This document shows positions 54,901 to 61,580 of a stretch of 64,000 nt of DNA, piece after piece (the first letter of the stretch is position 1; each line of letters begins with the position of its first letter). The translations under genes were made by a program, and so were the position numbers. Origin of the DNA: Chloroflexota bacterium (GTDB lineage: Bacteria; Chloroflexota; UBA11872). The stretch lies in contig DAOUJT010000176.1 of the NCBI GenBank assembly GCA_034422315.1, positions 3,075 through 67,074 of the forward strand. The letters run 5' to 3'. A model generated the notes under the pieces. It saw only the letters and a list, made by a program, of their open reading frames with translations. It was not told the DNA's origin and did no database searches.

Positions 54901-57397
54901 AGACGTCGACGCTGGAACGCTCGACGACGTTTCCTGACGCGGGATCGGTGGTCAGCCGGATCTGCGGGTCGCGCTGCTCGTAGGCATAGAGGGTGAGGAC
55001 GACCGGATAGCCGTTGCTGTCGCGCAACGAGCCGTCCACGCCGGTCCACTCCATGAGCGTCGGATCGGCGCTGAAGTCGCTGTTGTCGCCGGGCAGCGTG
55101 AGCACCACCGGCTGCGGATTGAGTTCAACGTCGCGCCTGACGTGGAGGTGCAGGTAGCCGCCCGAGCGCAGGCCGGGGGGTACGTCCTTGTCCAGCCGCA
55201 GCCGGAAGACGCCGTCCTTGAGCGAGAGCTCCTTGACCGTGTAGTTCTCGCCGTAATAGGTGAAGCCGAGGCTACCGGGGCAATTCCGGGCCCGGTTGTC
55301 GTCGCAGCCGGCGCCGCCGCCGGTCAGCGGCCAGGCCTGCACCTTGTCGCGCCAGCGGAAGCTGACGGTGGGATCGGTGGGCTCGGCCGACTCCCAGTCG
55401 GTCCAGGGGCCGTAGCCGCCGTCGCTCCACGCCCGCGCCCGCGCCGAGTAGCGCACGTAGTTGGTCAGCCCGTCGATGACATAGGGGCTGGCGTCGTCGG
55501 CCTCCAGGAAGACGCTCACTATGCCCGTGGAGGGGTCGTCGGTGGAGGGATAGGTGACCTGCGAGAGGTAGGCCTCCTTGTACTGCAACTCGTAGCCGCG
55601 CACCGCCGTGCCGGGCGCGTCGAAGGTGGCTGCGAGAGTCCCCATATGGCGGTCCGCCACGGCGAATTCGGCGGGCGCGTCGGGGGCGTCGGTCCCCAGG
55701 GTCATCGTGGTCACGACGGCCCAGGGGCCGGGGCCGGCGGATGTCCGCGCCCGCACGCGCAGGTTCCAGTCGGTCCCGGGGTACATGCCTTGTACGTAGG
55801 CAACGACGCCCCTGACGTCGTGGCTGGCGTCCACCCAGTCCGGCGCCGAGGCCTCCCTGTACTGCACGTCGTAGCCCGTGACGGGCCCGCCGCCGGATGG
55901 GGGCGTCCACGTGACGACGGTCACGCCGTCGGCCCTCATGTTCAGGCTGACGCCGACGGGGGCGCCGGACGGGACGGTCGGGGGCGGGTCGCCCGGGCAT
56001 GGGCGGCTCAGCACCACCGTGCGCCCCGCCCTTGCCAGATTGTCAGGGCGGTCGGCGACCCCCAGCAGCAGCCGCGGATTGCCATGCAGCCATAGCTGCG
56101 TAAGCGTGGATATCGCGCCGATCTCGGTGGGCACGGCGCCTTCGAAGGCGTTGCACGACAACGTCAGCTCTTTCAGCCTGGAGAGGCCGCCCAGCTCAGT
56201 CGGTATCGCGCCGGTGAGCCGGTTGTCGTGGAGCCAGAGACGGGTGAGCCGCCAGAGGCCGCTCGCCGGGCTTAGGCTCGCCTTTAGGTTCGTCGGGATC
56301 TGGCCTGACAGCATGTTTCCGTTGAGCGTCAGCTCGTGCAAACTGGAGAGGTCGCCCAGCTCGGGGGGGATCTCGCCCGTCAGCCGGTTGTTGTGGAGAT
56401 GCAGGAATACCAGGGCGCCGAAGTCGTCGCTCTCGAACGGAATCTCGCCCGATAACTGGTTGCTGTGGAGAACCAGATGCCACAATTTACCGAGGTCGCC
56501 CAGCTCCGCGGGAATCTCGCCCGAGAACTGGTTCCTGTGGAGATACAGGTAGAGCAGGTTGCCGAGGTCGCCCAGCTCGGGGGGGATCTCGCCGCTCAGC
56601 CGGTTGCCGAAGAGAACCAGCTGCTGCAAACTGGCGATGCCGCCAAGCTTCGCGGGAATCTCGCCCGAGAGTTGGTTCCTGTGGAGATACAAGTTCCGGA
56701 GCTTGGGGAGATCGCCCAGCTCCTCGGGTATCCCGCCCGATAGCTGGTTGTCGTTGAGGTGCAGAAAGCCCAGCTCGGCGAGGCCGCCCAGCTCGGGGGG
56801 TATCTCGCCGCTCAGCCGGTTGCCGCCGAGATCCAGGTACCACAGGTTGCCGAGGTCGCCCAGCTCGGGGGGAATCTCGCCGCTCAGCCGACTGTCCTTG
56901 ATATACAGATACTGCAGATTGGCGAGGCTGCCCAGCTCCTTGGGTATCTCGCCCGAGAGTTGGGTTTCGTACAGGTACAGGTGGGTCAGGCTGCTCATGC
57001 TGCCCAGCCAGGCCGGTATCTCACCCGTGAGCGGGTTCCTGTCGAGATACAGGTGGGTCAGGCTGTCGAGGCCGCTCAGCACGGCCGGTATCTCGCCCTT
57101 GAGATAGTTCAAGCGGAGAATCAGGCGCGTGACGCTCCCGGCGCTGTTCGTAGTGACGCCTTCCCATGCGTTCAACGGCCTGGAGGTCTTCCAGTTCCTG
57201 TTCAACCTCCAGTTGTCACCGTCCGTCGCGTCGTAGAAGGCTTCGAGTATCTGCCTGTCGGTCAGGCCCGACTGGGCCTGCGCCGGGGGCGCGCTGACGA
57301 GGACGGCCAGGAGGGCCAGGGCCGCCAGCAGCAATGGCAGGGCCGGGAGGCAGGTCGGGCTGCTCACGGGGTCGCGGGTCATGGGATTGCCGGCCAT
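51974..57397 (-). CDS. Giant secreted LRR / fibronectin-III / Calx-beta-like surface protein (1807 aa)
   Basis: Signal peptide 'LPALPLLLAALALLAVLVSAPPAQAQ'. About 14 LRR units 'L..L.L..N.LSGEIP.ELG.L'. FN3-like 'GYDVQYREASAPDWV', 'YEVRFKETSAPD', 'YEVQYKDTTANTW'. Calx-like 'FSVSGTASAAEGSDATLTVTLS...TFTVTA'. A ~130-aa module is duplicated. Confidence 0.85.
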   Translation of the reverse strand: MAGNPMTRDPVSSPTCLPALPLLLAALALLAVLVSAPPAQAQSGLTDRQILEAFYDATDGDNWRLNRNWKTSRPLNAWEGVTTNSAGSVTRLILRLNYLKGEIPAVLSGLDSLTHLYLDRNPLTGEIPAWLGSMSSLTHLYLYETQLSGEIPKELGSLANLQYLYIKDSRLSGEIPPELGDLGNLWYLDLGGNRLSGEIPPELGGLAELGFLHLNDNQLSGGIPEELGDLPKLRNLYLHRNQLSGEIPAKLGGIASLQQLVLFGNRLSGEIPPELGDLGNLLYLYLHRNQFSGEIPAELGDLGKLWHLVLHSNQLSGEIPFESDDFGALVFLHLHNNRLTGEIPPELGDLSSLHELTLNGNMLSGQIPTNLKASLSPASGLWRLTRLWLHDNRLTGAIPTELGGLSRLKELTLSCNAFEGAVPTEIGAISTLTQLWLHGNPRLLLGVADRPDNLARAGRTVVLSRPCPGDPPPTVPSGAPVGVSLNMRADGVTVVTWTPPSGGGPVTGYDVQYREASAPDWVDASHDVRGVVAYVQGMYPGTDWNLRVRARTSAGPGPWAVVTTMTLGTDAPDAPAEFAVADRHMGTLAATFDAPGTAVRGYELQYKEAYLSQVTYPSTDDPSTGIVSVFLEADDASPYVIDGLTNYVRYSARARAWSDGGYGPWTDWESAEPTDPTVSFRWRDKVQAWPLTGGGAGCDDNRARNCPGSLGFTYYGENYTVKELSLKDGVFRLRLDKDVPPGLRSGGYLHLHVRRDVELNPQPVVLTLPGDNSDFSADPTLMEWTGVDGSLRDSNGYPVVLTLYAYEQRDPQIRLTTDPASGNVVERSSVDVWVTLQPQDTETRVSVTLTGDARHGEDYTVTSPTADVLGETAVVTLTFPVSSTPERQYLSLNVHGDAESEAAESIRVQASMAYSQPAGDAYTADYASDRRDAITLTIAENVGAPAALTLGTTVNDEVEVSWSPPAGDGPAPTSYEVRFKETSAPDQVSSDPSSGWVTIVRTAASRTTLVGSTAGTVYDVRVRAQSAQGPGPWAALDFPGAVDRPTLEAIDGGIRVSWNAPAQRGGSAIDRYEVQYKDTTANTWSDGGHAAADGDAIWTARLTVRRSSSGTQAFGCYDHDAGLANCSGEGSRGVPLYLTSGVFTYQDTVYTIDGVYFVPVDRTLYVSFDSVPPPAFREAYTLYVDGVPYSIATADVFDELMGLSGVSLRWSHNQFVRLRLAAHTHGITGLSGGTYEARVRAVNDVGPGPWSPSSGGGSQASQSSPGSGGGAPASEGETGALPQPQDQGQPPRQGDAQQQQASPAESAPPTPGQTEPYDVQVTPGDGTLTVTWSVAPRDGFEHGQIRHALRWSQVAGVWANPTGEGAGGPEDGVAVEGGVTSYVITGLQNDVAAGVFVRSFTGGSYSERSEHSSAWVRVKGDHTTPRAGQPQPQEQTPQQPPPQQQQQQQATPKTFSVSGTASAAEGSDATLTVTLSEAAPAGGVTFTVTAGYTGSADSADVGGVASPVTVPGGSDTLAIAVPTADDAVDEDDETFTVTIAAVTQGWDPAGAGQDAATVTISDDDTAGVTITPTTLSVAEDGGASYTVVLDSRPTAAVTVTAVSSDPAKAVVVPAAVVIRPEDWNLPETFTVNGVADGDATDESVGISHRVASSDGRYVDVALASVAVAVADTTPAQEQQQAPAESAPPTPGQLEPYNIQITPGDGTLTVTWTVAPRAGFEDDQIRHALRWSQEPGVWANPADPNAGGAEDGLSVAGGVYSYTITGLQNGVATGVFVRSFTGGSYSERSEHSSEWVRTKGDHTTPRAE
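56080..57100. repeat. Tandem 72-nt (24-codon) LRR-encoding repeats
   Basis: Repeated 'ctcgcccgagag/ctcgccgctcagccggtt...cagctcgggggg' periodicity, matching the plant-type LRR units in the protein. Confidence 0.8.
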
Positions 57398-57499
57398 TGG
57401 GTCTCGTTCCTCGCCTCCCTAGGTCTCGTTCGCGCCCGCCCCGACGGTCGTGGCCGACCGCTAGGCGGTCCACGCCGCCACGATGTGGATGCAACGCTC

Positions 57500-57632
57500 C
57501 ATGCTAGGGTCCATACGTGTCTTTAACGTGTACCCCCCCCCCCGAATTGCGATATTTACGTGTATTTCTTAGACCTTTCGCGATAGACTGACCAAAATCG
57601 AGCACTCAGGTCCAGTTCCACATAGGAGGCCG
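57500..57632. promoter_or_regulatory. Copy B of the duplicated divergent promoter segment: three ACGTGT boxes and a C11 tract
   Basis: ACGTGTC at 57515, ACGTGTA at 57526, C11 at 57533-57543, ACGTGTA at 57558, RBS AGGAGG at 57624. It lies between divergent gene starts at 57397 (-) and 57633 (+). Confidence 0.55.
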
Positions 57633-60005
57633 ATGACGCGCGACGACGAGCGGGATGACGCGATGGCCGCGCTGCGCAACCGGCTCTCCCGGCTCAGCGC
57701 GGCCAGCCTGCGCATCAACGAGAACCTCGATTTCGACGACCTGCTGCAGGGCGTGGTGGACGGCGCCCGCGCCCTCACCGGTGCCCGCTACGGCGCGCTG
57801 ACCGTCTTCGGCGACGCGGGGGAGCTGCCCCACTTCCTCGTCTCGGGAATGACCCCACGGGAGCACCAGGGGATGTGGGACATGCCCGAGGGACGGCGGT
57901 TCTTCGAGTACTTATCGGGCCTGGAGACGCCGCTGCGGGTGGACGACTTCGGCGCTCACCTGGGGTTCCTGGGAATGCCCGACTTTCGCCCCGCCGTGCC
58001 CGTGACCTCGCTGCTGGTGGCGCCCATCCGCCACCGGGGGATTGCGACCGGCTCCATCTACCTGTCCGGGGGCGAGGAGGGCGGCGAGTTCACGCAGGAG
58101 GACGAGGATTTCGTGGTGATGTTCGCCGCCCAGGCGGCCCTGGTCATCGCCAACGCCCGCCGGTACGGGGAGGCGCTGCGGGCCAGGGCAGACATGGAGA
58201 CGCTGGTGGACACCTCGCCGGTGGCCGTGCTGGTGTTCGACGCCAGGACGGGGGAGCTGAAGTCCCTCAACCGCGAGGCCAAGCGGATCGCCGGGGAGAT
58301 GGTCCCCGCGGCCGAGTCCATTGAGGAGGCGCTGGGCGCGGCCCGTATCCGGCGGGCCGACGGCCGCGAAGCGGGAGTGGCGGAGATGCTGCTGGAGCGG
58401 GAGATGAGCCTCGGGGAGCGGGTGCGGGTGGAGGAGATCGTCATCGAGGCCCCCGGCGACCGCCGCCTCACGGCGCTGGTGAACGCGACACCCATCCACT
58501 CCGCGGACGGCGGCGTCGAGACCTACGTCATCACCCTGCAGGATCTGACGCCGCTGGAGGAGATGGAGCGGCTGCGGGCCGAGTTCCTCGGAATGGTGAG
58601 CCACGAGCTGCGCACGCCGCTGAGCTCCGTCAAGGGCTCGGTGGCCAACCTGCTGGACCCCCGGGCCTCGCTGGATCCGGCGGAGGCGGCCCAATTCCAC
58701 CGCATCATCGACGCCCAGACCGACCGCATGCGGGACCTCATCGGCGACCTGCTGGACATGGCCCACATCCAGACCGGCAGCCTGTCCGTCGCGCCCGTCC
58801 CGACGGCGCTGGCCGCCCTGGTGGACGAGGCGAGGAGCGCCTACCTCAGCGGAGGTGGCCGGCAAGACGTCCGCATCGAGGCGCCGCCGGACCTGCCGAT
58901 GGTCATGGCGGACGGACGCCGCGTCGTCCAGGTCATCGGCAACTTGCTATCCAACGCGTCGAGGCACGCCCCCGCGTCGTCGGTCATACGGATCGGAGCC
59001 GAGCCGGAGGGCCTTCACGTCAGGGTGACGGTCACCGACCAGGGCCGGGGCATCCCCGCCGACCGTCTGCCCCGCCTGTTCCGGAAGTTCTCGCGCCTCG
59101 ACGCCGGGGACCACGAAGGCGACACCGGCCTGGGCCTGGCGATCTGCAAGGGTATCGTGGAGGCCCATGGGGGCCGCATCTGGGCGGAAAGCGACGGACC
59201 CGGCCTGGGCGCGCGCTTCAGCTTCACCCTGCCCGCGGCCGGCGAGGCCGAGACCTTCGCGCCCCGAGGGACCGGAAGCTCCGGCGTGCGCTCCTGGCGC
59301 GGGGGCGCGGCGCGGCCTCGCGTGCTCGCCGTAGACGACGATCCCCAGACGCTCCGGTATGTGCGCGACGTGCTCACCAAGGCGGGCTACACCGTAACCG
59401 TGACCGCCGATCCCGACGAGGTCGCCCGCCTGCTGGCGGAGGAGCCGCCGCACCTGGTCCTGCTCGACCTGATGCTGCCGGGCGCCAACGGCATGGAGCT
59501 CTTGGAGGTCATCCAGGCCGTGTCGGCGGCGCCGGTCATCTTTCTGTCGGCCTATGGCCAGGACCAGGTGATCGCCAGAGCCTTTGAGAGCGGCGCTGCC
59601 GACTACATCGTCAAGCCCTTCTCGCCGACCGAGCTTGCCGCGAGAATCCAGGCCGCCCTGCGCAAGCAGGACCCACCCGAGCCGGAACTCCCCGGCGATC
59701 CCTACGTCAGCGGCGACCTGACCATCGACTACGCCAGGCGCCGCGTGACCGTCGCGGGAGAACCGGTCGATCTCACCCTTCTCGAATACCGGCTGCTGAC
59801 CGAGCTTTCGGCCAACGCCGGCCGGCTGATGGCCCATGGGCAGCTGCGGCGGCGCGTGTGGGGCCCGGACGCCTCCGGGGGCTCGGGGCCGGTGCGCACC
59901 TACGTGAAGCGGCTGCGCCGGAAGCTGGGCGACGACGCCGACAACCCCGCCTACATCTTCACCAAGCGGCGCGTCGGCTACTGGATGGAGCAGGGCGAGG
60001 GCTAG
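57633..60005 (+). CDS. Single-polypeptide two-component protein: GAF-PAS-HisKA-HATPase-REC-OmpR-type winged helix
   Basis: GAF-like N-terminus. H-box 'FLGMVSHELRTPLSSVKG', 'GLGLAICKGIVEAHGGRIWAES', REC 'RVLAVDDDPQ...LVLLDLMLPGANG...ADYIVKPFSP', wHTH 'LTLLEYRLLTEL...YVKRLRRKLGDD...RRVGYWM'. No TM segment seen. Confidence 0.85.
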   Translation: MTRDDERDDAMAALRNRLSRLSAASLRINENLDFDDLLQGVVDGARALTGARYGALTVFGDAGELPHFLVSGMTPREHQGMWDMPEGRRFFEYLSGLETPLRVDDFGAHLGFLGMPDFRPAVPVTSLLVAPIRHRGIATGSIYLSGGEEGGEFTQEDEDFVVMFAAQAALVIANARRYGEALRARADMETLVDTSPVAVLVFDARTGELKSLNREAKRIAGEMVPAAESIEEALGAARIRRADGREAGVAEMLLEREMSLGERVRVEEIVIEAPGDRRLTALVNATPIHSADGGVETYVITLQDLTPLEEMERLRAEFLGMVSHELRTPLSSVKGSVANLLDPRASLDPAEAAQFHRIIDAQTDRMRDLIGDLLDMAHIQTGSLSVAPVPTALAALVDEARSAYLSGGGRQDVRIEAPPDLPMVMADGRRVVQVIGNLLSNASRHAPASSVIRIGAEPEGLHVRVTVTDQGRGIPADRLPRLFRKFSRLDAGDHEGDTGLGLAICKGIVEAHGGRIWAESDGPGLGARFSFTLPAAGEAETFAPRGTGSSGVRSWRGGAARPRVLAVDDDPQTLRYVRDVLTKAGYTVTVTADPDEVARLLAEEPPHLVLLDLMLPGANGMELLEVIQAVSAAPVIFLSAYGQDQVIARAFESGAADYIVKPFSPTELAARIQAALRKQDPPEPELPGDPYVSGDLTIDYARRRVTVAGEPVDLTLLEYRLLTELSANAGRLMAHGQLRRRVWGPDASGGSGPVRTYVKRLRRKLGDDADNPAYIFTKRRVGYWMEQGEG

Positions 60006-60358
60006 CGGAGGCGCCGGCAGCCCTAGACCGAGGACGCCATTCGCCCAGGGACGTCGACGCGCAGATCCAACGTCCCCGTCGCATACGGAACGGGGTGAAT
60101 GCGCCGACCTTCCGACCACTCGGATGGTGCATGAGCCCGCCCACCGAAAAGCTCGCACTTCAGTCCTGGCAGGCCCAGACTTTACTAGATTAAGAACCTT
60201 CAGCTTGAGACTCGTTCTGGGCTTAGAGGCAAGCAGTAAGCAGGCCCGACCGAGGGGCGAGATTCTGCCTACAGGCGAACTACCTTGGCGCAGGCACCAC
60301 GGTGACTGTGCAGCCCGAGGTCCTTTCAACTGAGCGTGGGTCACCACACGGCCGGACC

Positions 60359-60700
60359 TTACCGAAAGCTCGAGAACAGCCGGTACTCAATGTCGGTCAG
60401 CTCCACCGGAAGGCAGCCGGGTGTCTTCGCGCTGCCGGCGTAGCCGATGGCCAGTTCGCGCATCAAGTCCGGCTCGGACGGATCCGTTCAGCTCCGGCTC
60501 GGCCCGCCTGCGCAGGGCCATCCGTATCCTCGCCACCAGCTCCCTGGCGAGCAGGGCTTGACCAGGCAGTCGTCGGCACTGACCCTTGGCGCCCTCGAAA
60601 CCGATTGGTGGGGCAGGTGCCGAGTTCGGCGGTCGGCGACCCGAACCGCCGCACCCATCGCCAGCCGGTGACAGGTCGGGGCTGCTCCCAGGCGCTGATC
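60359..60700 (-). pseudogene. Frameshifted response-regulator remnant (end of REC + start of wHTH)
   Basis: Minus-strand pieces in three frames: 'SVSRAPRVSADDCLVKPCSP', 'RELVARIRMALRRRAEPE', 'RELAIGYAGSAKTPGCLPVELTDIEYRLFS'. They are collinear with 'VIARAFESGAADYIVKPFSPTELAARIQAALRK...GDLTIDYARRRVTVAGEPVDLTLLEYRLL' of 57633..60005. Confidence 0.7.
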
Positions 60701-60767
60701 AGGACGCATTACTCGGAGTTTCTCTACAGGGAAACCTCCCAGCGAAAAGTTCGCAGTACAGTCCGCG

Positions 60768-61055
60768 TTGGCCTACCACGGCGGCGGTCTGAGTTGGGAG
60801 CGGATGCTGGATCTCGCCGCGCCGCTGCCCAACCTCTATGTCGAGTACGCCAGTACCTGGCCGCAGGACAACCCCGTGCGCGCGGCTGTCGAGCGACTGG
60901 GGCAAAGTCGCGTGATGTTCGGCACGGATTTGGACCTGCTCTCACCGTCGCTCATGGTGGGGCTGGTGGACAGCGCCGGCCTCGATCCCACGGCCTACGC
61001 CGCCGTGCTATACGGCAACGCGCGGCGGGTGTTCCGGCTGGGGTCGGCGAGGTGA
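60768..61055 (+). pseudogene. C-terminal fragment of an amidohydrolase-2-like protein
   Basis: 'PNLYVEYAST...LGQSRVMFGTDLDLL...AVLYGNARRVF' is family-typical C-terminal sequence. Only about 95 codons remain, and the upstream sequence is occupied by another pseudogene. Confidence 0.5.
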
Positions 61056-61143
61056 GCGTAGGGACAAGCGGAACGGTCGACGCTGCGCCATATGCAAACG
61101 GGCGACGCGCCAATAGAAACTTAGCTAATGGCGATAAACCGCC

Positions 61144-61419
61144 ATGCAAGTCAACATGCACGAGGCGAAGACACAGCTTTCCCGACTCGCTGAGCGGGCC
61201 TGGGAGGGCGAAGAGGTCATCATCGCCAAGGCTGGCAAGCCGTATCTGCGGCTGGTGCCCTTGACCTTTGTGCATGCCGAGCAGGCGGGCAGCCTGCCAC
61301 AGCATCACACCGATCCCTTTGACCGCATGCTGGTGGCGCAAGCCCAGATCGAGGGCCTCACCTTGGTGACCGCCAACGCCAACATCCCGCGGTACGCCGT
61401 GCGCACGATGCCGGCCTAG
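61144..61419 (+). pseudogene. Fused remnant of a Phd/YefM antitoxin and the C-terminus of a PIN (VapC) toxin
   Basis: 'MQVNMHEAKTQLSRLAERAWEGEEVIIAKAGKPYLRLVPL' (antitoxin N-terminal domain) is joined in frame to 'LPQHHTDPFDRMLVAQAQIEGLTLVTANANIPRY' (PIN C-terminal block). The catalytic N-terminal part of PIN is absent. Confidence 0.65.
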
Positions 61420-61476
61420 GTCGCCCCCAGCTTCAACAGCCAGTCGCCTGACGCATCCTCGGTGGTGGGTGGTGAA

Positions 61477-61533
61477 CCCACGTCTATACTGTTTGATTGG
61501 TCTATACAATTTGACTGTGAATCCACGTCTATA
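61477..61533 (+). promoter_or_regulatory. Direct repeats CCACGTCTATA / GGTCTATACAA / CCACGTCTATAA upstream of the metalloprotease-like ORF
   Basis: Copies at 61477-61488, 61499-61509 and 61522-61533, lying 50-100 nt upstream of ATG 61581. Confidence 0.3.
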
Positions 61534-61580
61534 ACTATCTGGCACTACCTTCGAGGCGGACTCGCGTGACCACACTGGTC

